Positions 9,867 to 20,157 of a DNA stretch of 64,000 nt are shown one piece after another. The stretch comes from Trueperaceae bacterium (GTDB taxonomy: Bacteria; Deinococcota; Deinococci; Deinococcales; Trueperaceae), in assembly GCA_034521815.1 (NCBI GenBank), contig JAXHLW010000013.1, forward strand, positions 96,001 to 160,000, given 5' to 3'. A program made the position numbers and the translations under genes. Each line of letters begins with the position of its first letter. Positions within the stretch are counted from its first letter, which is position 1. The notes below the pieces were generated by a model. It saw only the letters and a program-made list of their open reading frames with translations, had not been told where the DNA came from and searched no databases.

Positions 9867-10548
9867 ATGGCAACGACTCGTTCGCAACGACGCCGCCCCC
9901 GCCCTCTGCGGGCTTCGAGGCCGCTGATGGCATTTCTGATCCTCGCCTCGATGGCACTGATGAGCGCGCCCGTCGCCGCGCAGCGCGTCGTGTCGACCCG
10001 CATCATCGTGAACGCTTTCGGTCCTGCCGTCATCGGTCTGATCGAGAACGATACGGCCCAGAGCGTGGACGTCGTGAGCGTGAGCGTCACGCTACTGGAC
10101 GCGAATGGGAATTTCCTCGCCCGGCAGACCGGCGTTCCCGACCTGCGCGTGATCGCGCCCGGTGACCGCAGCCCCTTCACCGTGCCGTCCTTCGATCCGT
10201 TCCACTCGGCCGCGGCGACGGCGACAGTGGACCTGAACGTGCGTCCCGCCGAGGCCCCACCGGAGGACCTCGCCGTGCGCGAGGTGCATGCGGAGCGGAG
10301 CACCGCCGGCACGCGCGGCGTGCACCGGCACCGTCGTGAACCTCGGCGACGCGCCGAGGACCTTCATCAAGGTGAGCGCCACGGCGCTCGGCCCGAACGA
10401 CGAGATTCTCGGTACCAGCGCGCACTACGAGAACATTCGAACGTTGGCGCCCGGCGCGTCGATGCCCTTCTCGGTGTTCTTGCCGGGATTGCAGGAGGCA
10501 GCGGCAGCGTGGCTGGTCCGCGCCGGCGACGGGCGCAACGCGTTCTGA
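9867..10548 (+). CDS. Secreted protein with two FxLYD-like Ig-fold domains; apparent +1 frameshift at ~10323
   Basis: Signal peptide (APVAA-Q). Repeat 1 GLIENDT..VSVTLLDANG..IAPGDRSPF; repeat 2 in the next frame, GTVVNLG..VSATALGPND..LAPGASMPF. Confidence 0.6.
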
Positions 10549-10702
10549 GTTCGGGCGCGCGGACCACGCGGGGCGCCAGCATCGGCTGGCACCATTCGAG
10601 GACGTTCACGTCTCCGCCGTGGCCACCGAAGCGCTCACCCGCTTCGGTGGTACGCGGCACAGGGCGTAGCGCGGTGCCGACGCGGCGTAGCATCATGGGG
10701 GC

Positions 10703-11413
10703 ATGATCCGTCTCGCCGTGCGCACGACGCTCATCGCCCTAGCCCTTCTCCTTGCCGCGCTCGCGCCGGCCCAGACGCCGCCCGATGCCGCCTACGCGCC
10801 AGGGGCGATCGTACCACGGCCGACGATGCTCGAGGTGGCGGTGCGGACCGATGTCGGGCCGCACGGTGATCCGCTACCACCGACGACTGACGTGGCGCGG
10901 ACGCGCTGGTGCGGGCCTGCTACGCCGGGATGCGGTCGGCGAGGTGTGACGACGCGCGACGGACGACGGCGGCTGAGGGCCGACGCGCTCGATGGATCCG
11001 CTGCTGAGCGCCGTGGTCGGACCACCTGACGCTCGAGCGAGGCGCGTGCTCCTCACCCGATGTCCGTTGCGACGGTCGAGGCGAGGACGAGGTGGCCGGT
11101 CGGCGCGACTCGCCGCATGGACATCGAGCAGCCCGGGCTGGGTTCCAGCGCCGTGGTGGATCCCACCACGCCCGAGCACGGCGTGTGCTCCTCACCCGAC
11201 GTCCGTTGCGAGGTCGAGGGCGAGGAGGAGGTGGCCGGTCGCGCGACTCGCCGCATGGACATCGAGCAGCCCGGGCTGGGTCCGGCGACGGTCTGGGTGG
11301 ACCTGGCGACCGGCCTGGCGATCGCCAGCGAGGCCGGCGGCGAGCCCCCGGTCCGCAGCGAGCTGGTGCGGCTCGACGAGGGGGCGCCGGACCCCAGCCG
11401 ATTCGAGCCCTGA
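10703..11413 (+). pseudogene. Disrupted secreted protein, LolA/RseB-like fold; internal ~140-bp duplication and several frameshifts
   Basis: Signal peptide MIRLAVRTTLIALALLLAALAPA-Q. C-terminal GEEEVAGRAT..VWVDLATGL..PDPSRFEP lies in another frame. Tandem copies at 11007-11146 and 11147-11283. Confidence 0.5.
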
Positions 11414-11464
11414 CCGCGGTCCTGGCCGCCCCGCCCTGCGTGTAGGCACCACCGGGGCCCGCCA

Positions 11465-11500
11465 CAAAGGGAAGTGACCCCGCGGAAACGGAGCCACTTC
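11465..11500 (-). terminator. Probable terminator downstream of tRNA-Ala
   Basis: Minus strand reads GAAGTGGCTCCG-TTTCCG-CGGGGTCACTTC then CCTTT; the stem closes with G-U pairs on this strand. Confidence 0.55.
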
Positions 11501-11531
11501 GAACTTACGAGCCGTGTGGGACGGCATGTGC

Positions 11532-11608
<77 letters not shown>

Positions 11609-11619
11609 AAGCGTCCTGG

Positions 11620-11648
11620 AGTGTACCGCAGGGTCTCAGGGCCGTCAA
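11620..11648 (-). promoter_or_regulatory. Sigma70-type promoter of tRNA-Ala
   Basis: TTGACG-17 bp-TACACT on the minus strand, 11 nt before the tRNA. Confidence 0.75.
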
Positions 11649-11709
11649 CGAAGCGTGACGCGAAGCGAAGCGGGGTTGGTCTGCGGTCGAGGGCTGTAGA
11701 ATGCCGTAG

Positions 11710-13479
11710 ATGAGCGATCGAGCTTCGTCCGACGTTCCGCCGCCCGAACGCTCGGGGGAGACGCTGTGGGTGGTCGACGTGACCGCGCCGTTGGCCCCGG
11801 GTCGCGTCCGTTGGGTCGCGGGCGAGGCGGCGGCGCGGCTTCAGCTTCCCGCCGAGAAGCTCGTAGCGCTGCTCGAGAATCGCATCGGCCCGGTGACGAA
11901 GCCGCTCCCCAAGGCGTCGGCCGATCGTGTGGCGGAGGTGCTGGACCTGGCCGGCGCCGAGGTCGCCATTCGCGCTGCCGGCTCCGCGGACGGCGGACAT
12001 GCTTCCGTGGAGGGCCGCGAGCCTAGCGAGCCAGCCGCCGGTGGCGCTGCGTCGGAGAGCGCGTCCGAGGACGCGTCCGCACCGGAGGAGCCCGTACCCG
12101 CGGACGGACCGCAGTCCGAGCCCGCTTCCGAGCCCGATCCCGATCCCGCGTCCGACACCGCACCGGATTCCGCACCACGCTCCACGGCTGCCCCTCCGAC
12201 AACGCGAGCGACCCAGCACCCGACGGACGGCGCGGCGCGAGCCGCGAGGGACGCCGACACGGACGCCCCCGCCTCGACCGCATCCGACGCCGAGACGCAC
12301 GTCGAGGTCGACACGGGCGACGCCAGCGTCGACGTCGGCGCCAGGGAAGAGCCCCGCGGCCGGCAGGAGATCGCTGATCCGCAGGAGACCCCTCGGACGA
12401 CGACGGACGATCGGCCGACCGAGGCTTCAGCAGCGGGGGACGAGGTGGGTCCTGGGACGCCCCGGCGGGAGCGGGCCGAGGCGGCGTCACCGCCACCGGT
12501 GGGACGTCCCGGCACGACCGCGAGGGACGCGGGCGCACGCGACGATCCTTGGAAGAGCCTCGACGACGACGAGGACGAAGCGATGCTGGGGGCGTGGACG
12601 CACCGGGCCGCCTCGGCACCGAGCGACGCGGCCGCCAAGGCGGCTTCGGCCGGCTCGTCGAGTCAGAGCGCCGGTCTCGGCGCCGCGGCGCGCGCGACGC
12701 GGCGCCCAGCGCCGCCGGCGCCGGCGGCGACCGGATCGCCGGGCGGCGGACCGACGAGCTCCGTCGTTCCGCCGTTCGACCCGAGCGAATCGCCGGACGT
12801 GATGATCGATCGCACGGCGGATGCGGACGGGACGGACGACGAGGACGAGGACGAAGGATGGGCGTACGGCCTGCGGGATCCGTTCGAGGAGGCCGAGCGT
12901 CAGGAGCGGGCGATGCGTCGCTGGGCCCTCGCGTTCGCTTTGCTGGTCGCGCTCGGCATCTTCCTGGTGCTCCAGTGGGCGTACTCGCGACCCGGGCTGG
13001 GCGACCGGACGCCGCCTGGCTACGACGTGGGTCTGACGGCGTATCGCGACGGGGCGTTCGTCAGCGCGGCGCGCGCCTGGGCGCCCCGAGCCGAGGCGGG
13101 CGACGTGGACGCGATGTTCATGCTCGGCTGGATGGCCGAGTACGGTCAGGGGCGTCCCTGGTCCAACCGCGAGGCGGCCGGCTGGTACGGCCAAGCCGCC
13201 CAGAGGGGCCACGCGCCGTCGCAGCTGAGGCTCGCCGATCTCTATGCGCGAGGGCTGGGCGTAGCGTTCGATCCGGACGTCGCGGCGCGCTGGTACCTCG
13301 CTGCGGCCGAGGGGGGTCTCCCGCGCGCTCAACGCGAGGCGGCCCTGGCGATGGCCCGCGACGGCCGGCACGCCGAGGCGGCAGCGTGGCTGGACCGGGC
13401 CGCCGCGCACGATCCGGACGCAGCGGCGTGGCTCGCGTTGGTGGACGCGGCTCGCACGCTCAATCCACGTTCAGAGTGA
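11710..13479 (+). CDS. Membrane-anchored Sel1-repeat protein with long acidic/Pro-rich disordered linker
   Basis: TM segment WALAFALLVALGIFLVL. Sel1 repeats AMFMLGWMAEYGQG and AQRGHAPSQLRLADLYARGLGV. TAGAAT 7 nt before the ATG. Confidence 0.8.
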   Translation: MSDRASSDVPPPERSGETLWVVDVTAPLAPGRVRWVAGEAAARLQLPAEKLVALLENRIGPVTKPLPKASADRVAEVLDLAGAEVAIRAAGSADGGHASVEGREPSEPAAGGAASESASEDASAPEEPVPADGPQSEPASEPDPDPASDTAPDSAPRSTAAPPTTRATQHPTDGAARAARDADTDAPASTASDAETHVEVDTGDASVDVGAREEPRGRQEIADPQETPRTTTDDRPTEASAAGDEVGPGTPRRERAEAASPPPVGRPGTTARDAGARDDPWKSLDDDEDEAMLGAWTHRAASAPSDAAAKAASAGSSSQSAGLGAAARATRRPAPPAPAATGSPGGGPTSSVVPPFDPSESPDVMIDRTADADGTDDEDEDEGWAYGLRDPFEEAERQERAMRRWALAFALLVALGIFLVLQWAYSRPGLGDRTPPGYDVGLTAYRDGAFVSAARAWAPRAEAGDVDAMFMLGWMAEYGQGRPWSNREAAGWYGQAAQRGHAPSQLRLADLYARGLGVAFDPDVAARWYLAAAEGGLPRAQREAALAMARDGRHAEAAAWLDRAAAHDPDAAAWLALVDAARTLNPRSE

Positions 13480-13496
13480 CCTGCTACGCTGCCTCC

Positions 13497-14153
13497 ATGA
13501 CGATCGACTGTTCCGTTCGACCCTGGTTCCGGCGGCTTTCCGCCGTCGTCTTCGCTCTCGCCACGATGGCGTGGTGGGGGGCCGCCGTCGCGCAAGCCGA
13601 CGGCATCGTGTTCGACATCGAGATCCTTCGCGTGGACCTGGTCCGCGGCGAGGACGGCGACATCGTCGAGCGCTTCGTTCCCGTCGAGGAGGCCGTGCCC
13701 GGCGAGGTGATCGAGTACCGCGTCACCGCCGTGAACGAAGGCGACATCATCTACCGCCCCGGCACCGTCGTGGTGACCCTGCCGTTCGGCGAGGGCCTCG
13801 CCTACATCGAGGACAGCGCCACGCCCAGCTCGGACCGCGTGGTGACGGAGTTCACCGCCGACGGCGGCGCGTCGTACTCCGAGCCGCCGGTGTTGATCGC
13901 CGACACCGGGACGCCCGAGGCCGATTCCGACGCCGAGTCGGACCCGCCCGGTCCGCGCGACGACGATTCCACCGACGACGATTCCACCGCCGGCGATCAG
14001 GACGCCGGCGATCAGGACGACGGCGACGCTGCCGACGAGGCCGGCCAGAGAGCCGCGCGACCGGCGGAGTACGATGCGATCCGTTGGACGTTCTCGGTGC
14101 CGTTCGAGCCCGGGCAGGAAGAGCTGCTCGTCTACCGGGTCGAAGTGCTCTGA
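13497..14153 (+). CDS. Secreted DUF11-like (conserved-repeat) domain protein
   Basis: TACGCT 6 nt before the ATG. Signal peptide; VPGEVIEYRVTAVNEG...YIEDSA...IRWTF...LVYRVEV with an acidic insertion. Confidence 0.65.
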   Translation: MTIDCSVRPWFRRLSAVVFALATMAWWGAAVAQADGIVFDIEILRVDLVRGEDGDIVERFVPVEEAVPGEVIEYRVTAVNEGDIIYRPGTVVVTLPFGEGLAYIEDSATPSSDRVVTEFTADGGASYSEPPVLIADTGTPEADSDAESDPPGPRDDDSTDDDSTAGDQDAGDQDDGDAADEAGQRAARPAEYDAIRWTFSVPFEPGQEELLVYRVEVL

Positions 14154-14189
14154 TTCACCGCGGCCGCTGTGCGCCCGAAGCGCATCGCG

Positions 14190-14230
14190 ACGAGAAGGAC
14201 GACCGGCGACGTGCCGGTCGTCCTTCTCGT
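14190..14230. terminator. Perfect 18-bp hairpin between convergent genes
   Basis: acgagaaggacgaccggc-gacgt-gccggtcgtccttctcgt. Confidence 0.75.
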
Positions 14231-14357
14231 GTCCGTTGGGAGGGTGGCGACGCCAGGAGGTGCGCCTTTCCTCATCGCCAAGGTAGGACATCGGCCTGAG
14301 GCGCGCCTGTGACGACGGTGAGAGTCGTGAGGCCGGTCGGGCGATCGCGGATCGCGG

Positions 14358-16409
14358 TCAGTCGTCGCCCGTCCCGGCCGCCCGTTCCTGGTACTGCAGC
14401 TCGTACAGGCGACGGTAGTAGCCGTCTTGACGCAGGAGCTCGGCGTGGCTTCCCTGCTCGGTCAGCTTGCCCTTGCGCATCACCATGATCCGGTCGACGT
14501 TCTGGATCGTCGAGAGGCGGTGGGCGATGACGATGCTGGTGCGCCCCTGCATCAGCTTGGCGAGGGCGTCCTGGATCAGGTCCTCGGTCTCGGTGTCGAC
14601 GTTGGCGGTCGCCTCGTCGAGCACCAGCAGGATGTCGGGGTTCTGCACCAGCGCGCGCGCGAACGCCAGCAGCTGCTTCTGCCCGGTGCTGAAGCCGGCG
14701 CCTCGCTCCCGGACGGGCGTGTCGTAGCCGTGCTCGAGCTTCTCGATGAAGCCGTGCGCGTTCACGAACTTGGCGGCCTCGATCACCCGCTCCAGCGGGA
14801 TCGTGTCGTCGTCCAGCGTGATGTTGCTGCGGACCGTGCCCGAGAACAGGAACGGGTCTTGCAGCACGATGCCGACGTGGCGGCGCAGCTCGACCTGGTC
14901 GTAGTCCCGCACGTCCTTGCCGTCGATCCGTACGGCGCCCTGCTGGACGTCGTAGAAGCGACTGACCAGACTGATGATCGTGGTCTTGCCGGCGCCGGTG
15001 TGGCCCACGAACGCGACCGACTCGCCCGGGCGGATCGTGAAGTCCAGGTCGCGTAGCACCCAGTCGTCGCCGTCGTACGCGAACCGGACGTTCTCGAACG
15101 TCACCTCGCCCCGGAACGCCGTCTCGAACTTGTCGGGGTCGGGCTTGTTCGCGATCTGCTCGGGCGTGTCGAGAAGCCCGAAGATCCGCTCGCTGGAGGC
15201 CATCGCCGCCTGGATGATGTTGAACTTGTCCGACAGGTCCTGGAGCGGCCTGAAGAACATCTGCGCGTACTGCTGGAACGTGATCAGCACGCCGATGGTG
15301 ATCGCGTCCGCAGCGCCCGCGCCGAGCAGGTGGAACGAGGCGTACCAGAGGATCAGCGCGGTCGAGACGGCGCTCGCGACGTTCACCGACGGCCAGAACA
15401 GGCTGAACCAGCGGACCTGCTCGGCGTGCGCGTCGAGGAGCTGCAGGTTCAGGTGGTCGAACGCCTTCTGGTTGCGGACCTCGCGATTGAACAGCTGGAC
15501 GGTCTTGATGCCGCCCAGGTTCTCGGCCAGGTACGAGTTGGACTTGCTGGTGCGGAGCCGCACGCTGCGGTAGGCGTCGCGGAGTCGGAACCGGAGGAAC
15601 GTCAGCAACCAGAAAAGGAGCGGCATGACGGTCAGGGTGATGAGCGCCAGCCGCCAGTCGATCGTGAACATGTACACCATCAGGCCCACGAGGATGCCGA
15701 CGTCGGCGATGAGGCCGACCAGGCCGTCCGTCATCATCATCTGGATCGCATCGACGTCGCTGGTGATGCGCGTGATCAATCGTCCGACCGGCGTCCGGTC
15801 GAAGAAGCCCATGTGCAGACGCTGGATCTTGCCGAAGATCGCCTTGCGGATGTCGTAGACGATGTGCTGCCCCATCCACGCCACGATGTAGGTATAGCCG
15901 TAGCGCAGCACGAAGTTCACGAGCCCCAGGCCGATGTAGATGCCGACGATCAGCAGCAGTCCATCCAGGCGCTGGTCCGTGCTCAGCGACGCCCACGGCT
16001 GGCTCCCCGCGATCAGGTAGCGGTCGACGGCGCGTCCGATCAGGCTGGGGAAGATGGGCGCGATGGCGCTGTACCCCAGCAGCAGGGTGATGCCTGCCGC
16101 CAGTTGCAGGCGGTACGGCTTCAGGAACGCCAGCAGCCGGCGCATCAGCTCCCAGTCGAACGCCTTCTCCATCGCCAGGCCGTCCTCGTCGAACTTCCCT
16201 TCGTACCGGAGACCGTCGACGTACTGCTTGCGGTTGGCGCGGTAGGAGGCCTTGACCTGGTCGATGTGGTAGCTCGGGTCGTGCATGTCGGTCAGGTCGG
16301 CCGGGGGCGTGCGCGGGGACGGGTTCGGGGCCGTCTCGTTCGCGGACGGCTCGTCGCGTTTCGGATCGCGCGGATCGGAACCTTGCGGGTCGGAACCTTG
16401 GCGGCTCAT
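14358..16409 (-). CDS. ABC exporter, fused permease/ATPase (MdlB-like half of heterodimer)
   Basis: TMD plus GHTGAGKTT, degenerate signature FSTGQKQ, LVLDEATANVD, IAHRLST. Confidence 0.92.
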   Translation of the reverse strand: MSRQGSDPQGSDPRDPKRDEPSANETAPNPSPRTPPADLTDMHDPSYHIDQVKASYRANRKQYVDGLRYEGKFDEDGLAMEKAFDWELMRRLLAFLKPYRLQLAAGITLLLGYSAIAPIFPSLIGRAVDRYLIAGSQPWASLSTDQRLDGLLLIVGIYIGLGLVNFVLRYGYTYIVAWMGQHIVYDIRKAIFGKIQRLHMGFFDRTPVGRLITRITSDVDAIQMMMTDGLVGLIADVGILVGLMVYMFTIDWRLALITLTVMPLLFWLLTFLRFRLRDAYRSVRLRTSKSNSYLAENLGGIKTVQLFNREVRNQKAFDHLNLQLLDAHAEQVRWFSLFWPSVNVASAVSTALILWYASFHLLGAGAADAITIGVLITFQQYAQMFFRPLQDLSDKFNIIQAAMASSERIFGLLDTPEQIANKPDPDKFETAFRGEVTFENVRFAYDGDDWVLRDLDFTIRPGESVAFVGHTGAGKTTIISLVSRFYDVQQGAVRIDGKDVRDYDQVELRRHVGIVLQDPFLFSGTVRSNITLDDDTIPLERVIEAAKFVNAHGFIEKLEHGYDTPVRERGAGFSTGQKQLLAFARALVQNPDILLVLDEATANVDTETEDLIQDALAKLMQGRTSIVIAHRLSTIQNVDRIMVMRKGKLTEQGSHAELLRQDGYYRRLYELQYQERAAGTGDD

Positions 16410-18175
16410 CGGGTCTCCAGGTCCTGCTCGAGCTGCTGCCGCCGGTCCATGTCGGCGTACCAGCCGTCGAGGGCGACGAGCTCGGCGTGGCTGCCCTCTT
16501 CGACGATCCGGCCGTCCTCGAGCACGAAGATGCGGTCGGTGGAGCGGAAGGCGCTGATGCGGTGGGCGACGATCAGGGTCGTGCGGTCCTGCTGCACGCG
16601 GTCCAGGCCGTCCAGGATGGCGGCTTCGGTCTGGGTGTCGACGGCGGACAGCGCGTCGTCCAGGATCAGGATGGCGGGCTCACGGATGAACGCCCTGGCC
16701 AGCGCGGTGCGCTGCCGCTGACCGCCCGACAGGGTGACGCCACGCTCGCCGAGGCGGGTCTCGTACCCCATCGGGAAGTCGATGACGTCCTCGTCGAGCT
16801 GCGCGAGCTTCGCGACCTCGCGGACGCGTGGCATCATCTCGTCCACGTCGGTCACGGGCAGGCCGTAGGCGATGTTCTCCGCGATCGTGTCGCTGAACAG
16901 GAACGGCTCCTGCGGCACCACGCCGATGAACCGCCGTAGCACCTCGACGGGGAACTCGCGGATGGGACGACCGTCGATGAAGATCTCGCCTTCGTCGGGG
17001 TCCATGATCCTTCCGATCAGGTTCACGATCAGGGTCTTGCCCGCGCCGGTACGTCCCGTCAGGCCGATCGTCTCGCCGTCGCGAACGTGGAACGACACGT
17101 GGTCCAGCGCGGTCAGCGGACCGTACCGAACGGTGACGTCACGGAACTCGATCTCGCCTCGCACCTCCCTGAGGCCGTAGTCGACCTCGGGACCGTCCTG
17201 GATGGTGGGCTCGGTGTCGAGGATCTCGCGCAGCCGCATCCAGCTGGTGGTGCCGCGCTGCACCATGTTCGCGATCCAGCCCAGCGCGATCAGCGGCCAC
17301 TGGATGCCGAGGAACAAGAAGATGAACGCGCTGAAGTCCCCGATCGTCATCGACCCGCCGGCGCCGAGCACCTGACGGCCACCGAGCAGCAGCAGCGCGC
17401 TGATCGTCAGGCCGAAGAACAGCTCCATCAGGGGGAAGAGAGGGCCGTCGATGCGCGTGAGCGCGAGGTTGCGTCGGATGAACTCGTCGTTCAGCCGCTC
17501 GAACGACGCTTCCTCGCGGTTCTCGATGCCGAAGCCCTTGACGACGCGGATGCCGGAGAAGTTCTCCTGCGCCATGGCGCTGACGTTGCTGAACTGCTCC
17601 TGCACGCGCTGGTAGCGACGATGGATGATGCGCAGCATCACGAAGAACGTGAGCGTGATGAACGGCACGACCAGCAGCGTCAGGAGCGTCAGGCCGACGC
17701 TCAGCGTCGCCATCCTGGCCAGCGTGAACAGCAGCAGCAGCGCGGTGTTCGTGCCCATGAACACGGCCACGCCGACGACCATGCGGACGGCGTTGAGGTC
17801 GGCCGTCAGGCGGGCCATCAGGTCGCCGACACGGTGGTCGTCGTAGTAGCCGGCGTCGAGATGCGTGAAGTGCCGGAACAGGTCGTGGCGGATGTCGAAC
17901 TGGATCTCCCACGACGCGTTCAGGATCGTGCGCCGAACCAGGATCATCGCGCCGGCGGCGAGAAGCATCACGCCCACCAGCAGCGCGATCGTCCGCAGCG
18001 CCGCGCCGTAGCTGCCGTCCACCGGGCCGCGCTCCAGCAGGTCGACGACACGGCCGATGAGGATGGGGGCGAACGTGGTGAGCGCGGCGAACGCCACGAG
18101 CAGGGACAGGCCGAGCAGGTACTGCACCGGGTAGTTGCGGGCGTAGCGGTAGAGGTCGCGGATCGTGCGTCTCAA
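16406..18175 (-). CDS. ABC exporter, fused permease/ATPase (MdlA-like half of heterodimer)
   Basis: TTG start with GGAG RBS. GRTGAGKT, LSGGQRQR, ILDDALSAVD (degenerate Walker B). 4-bp overlap with its partner. Confidence 0.92.
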   Translation of the reverse strand: MRRTIRDLYRYARNYPVQYLLGLSLLVAFAALTTFAPILIGRVVDLLERGPVDGSYGAALRTIALLVGVMLLAAGAMILVRRTILNASWEIQFDIRHDLFRHFTHLDAGYYDDHRVGDLMARLTADLNAVRMVVGVAVFMGTNTALLLLFTLARMATLSVGLTLLTLLVVPFITLTFFVMLRIIHRRYQRVQEQFSNVSAMAQENFSGIRVVKGFGIENREEASFERLNDEFIRRNLALTRIDGPLFPLMELFFGLTISALLLLGGRQVLGAGGSMTIGDFSAFIFLFLGIQWPLIALGWIANMVQRGTTSWMRLREILDTEPTIQDGPEVDYGLREVRGEIEFRDVTVRYGPLTALDHVSFHVRDGETIGLTGRTGAGKTLIVNLIGRIMDPDEGEIFIDGRPIREFPVEVLRRFIGVVPQEPFLFSDTIAENIAYGLPVTDVDEMMPRVREVAKLAQLDEDVIDFPMGYETRLGERGVTLSGGQRQRTALARAFIREPAILILDDALSAVDTQTEAAILDGLDRVQQDRTTLIVAHRISAFRSTDRIFVLEDGRIVEEGSHAELVALDGWYADMDRRQQLEQDLETR

Positions 18176-18303
18176 AGGGTCTCCCTGAACCTACGATGGT
18201 GGCGTGAGCAGCGAGCGACCCACCGAACGAAACGAACGATCGGCGGGGCCCGATGAAAGCACCGAAGAATACACCCTGCCCCGCGCGGGCGCGTGGCCAG
18301 GCG

Positions 18304-20022
18304 CTACGGTCCGTCGACCTCGCGGTTGACGCGGACCTCGGCGTACGGGACGTCGTTGAGGAACAGCTCGAACATGACAGGACCGGGCGCCAGCGTGGGC
18401 CAGGTTCCTTCGATCACGTCGCCGCCACGAACCTCGCGCCGCGTCACGACCGCCGTGTCGCCGCCGGCGGTGCGGGCGCGGATCTCGGCCGACTGGGCCG
18501 GGATGCCCGGCTCGACCAGGAACCGGTAGGGAACCCAGCGAAGCCTGGGCGCGAGAATCCGCGCTTCGGGCGTGGGCAGCGGCAGCCGCACCGGCCTGGC
18601 GTTGACGAAAAGGCGGACCGGGCCGCCTGCACGGCTTCCGGGGGGCGGATCCTGAAGCACGACCGCCTCGGGGAGGGCGCGATCGACGGTGCGAGCGACC
18701 GTGGCGCCACGTCCGGCCTGGGACAGGATCGTCCGGGCCCGATCCAAAGAGAGGCCGACGACGTCGGGCACGGCCGGGGCGTCCGTGGCTCCGGCGTCGG
18801 CTCCGCTGCCGCCCGGATCGGAGACGAGCAGGCGGAGGGTGGCGTCGTTCACGCGGAACGGTCGCCAGGCGACGGGCGTCATGCCGACCACCTGTCCGGC
18901 GGGCGCGCCTGTAACGGTGACGGCGTCCACCAGCACGCGGTCCGCCGGGAGGCCGGCGAGGCGCGCCAGCTCTCGCGCATCGGCGACGTCGCTGCCGACC
19001 AGATCGGGGAGGAAGCTGAGCTCTGGGCGCGGACCGTCGCTGACGAGCACGTGAACCTCGTCGCCCGGCTCGCTCCGTGCGCCCGGCGAGGGTCGCTGCG
19101 CCAGCACCGTGCCGATGGGCAGGCGTGCTGGTACCCGAGCGACGTCGCCCAGGACCAGATCGCTGGCGGTGAGCCGGCGCGCCGCATCGTCCGCCGTCGC
19201 GCCCGCGAGGGAGGGCGTCTCGACCGTCGCCGCCCCGTCTTGGGGAAGCACGTAGCTCAGTCGTACCGTGCGCCCCGGTCTGAGGGCCACCCCCGCGGCC
19301 GGATCGGTCGCGACGACGGTGCCGGCGGGTCCCCCGGACGCCACGGTCCGCGCGGTGACGACGAGGCCGAGGTCGTGCAGGGACTCGGCGCCGACCTGAG
19401 CAGGAAGGCCCGTCACGTCGGGCACCGAGACGACGACGGCGTTGGCGTCCCGGGTCCAGCCGACGAGGAGAAGCGCGAACGCCGCGAGAAGCACCAGAAG
19501 GCCCGTGAGCCAGGTACGCGCCGAGGTCGACAGCGACGGTAGCGAGGCGCGACGGAGCCCTCGCCGGAACGACGGAGCGGGGGAGGCCGTGGGGTCCGAG
19601 GTGTCGCCGAGGCCCCCTGCGCTCCCGGGTTCGGGCTCGTCCCAGTCGAGTCCCGCCAGCACGGTCGCTCGTCCGCGCCGGCGAATGTCGGCGCTCGCCG
19701 GATCGAGTCCGTGCACGGCGAGGCGCTCGCGCCAGTCGGCGTCCAATGCGGCGGGAGCCGCCTCGTCGGCGTCCTCCCAGACCGCATAGCGTGCGCCGGG
19801 ACGCGACACGACCTCGCGGAGCAAGACGTCCGGCTCCCGGCCCAGCCGGCGAAGCGTGCGGCGGTACCGTTCGAACGCAGCCTCGGCGTCGGTGGGGACG
19901 TCGTACCAGACCAGGCGGACCGGGCGGCCGTCCGGATCGGTGGCGTGCACCAGCGTTCGACCGTCGGCGAGCGGTCGCTGGTCCAGGATCTCGTAGGTTC
20001 CGTCGATCAGGGGCACGTGCAC
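18304..20022 (-). CDS. Membrane protein with multiple PASTA domains and a degenerate kinase-like N-terminus
   Basis: TM segment LTGLLVLLAAFALLLVGW. PASTA starts VPDVTG, TPSLAG, LPDLVG, VPDVVG. N-terminus IDGTYEILDQ...VHATDPDGRPV. Confidence 0.8.
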   Translation of the reverse strand: MHVPLIDGTYEILDQRPLADGRTLVHATDPDGRPVRLVWYDVPTDAEAAFERYRRTLRRLGREPDVLLREVVSRPGARYAVWEDADEAAPAALDADWRERLAVHGLDPASADIRRRGRATVLAGLDWDEPEPGSAGGLGDTSDPTASPAPSFRRGLRRASLPSLSTSARTWLTGLLVLLAAFALLLVGWTRDANAVVVSVPDVTGLPAQVGAESLHDLGLVVTARTVASGGPAGTVVATDPAAGVALRPGRTVRLSYVLPQDGAATVETPSLAGATADDAARRLTASDLVLGDVARVPARLPIGTVLAQRPSPGARSEPGDEVHVLVSDGPRPELSFLPDLVGSDVADARELARLAGLPADRVLVDAVTVTGAPAGQVVGMTPVAWRPFRVNDATLRLLVSDPGGSGADAGATDAPAVPDVVGLSLDRARTILSQAGRGATVARTVDRALPEAVVLQDPPPGSRAGGPVRLFVNARPVRLPLPTPEARILAPRLRWVPYRFLVEPGIPAQSAEIRARTAGGDTAVVTRREVRGGDVIEGTWPTLAPGPVMFELFLNDVPYAEVRVNREVDGP

Positions 20023-20157
20023 CGCCTCCCGGAACGATACCGCGCCGCCCAGACGCGTGCGCGACGCCGTCGAAGGCGTCGCGCACGCGTCCGTCGCGCA
20101 TCCTGCGTCACCGTCGCCGCGAGCGCCTGGGCACCCTCAGCGCCCGGCGCCGACGCG

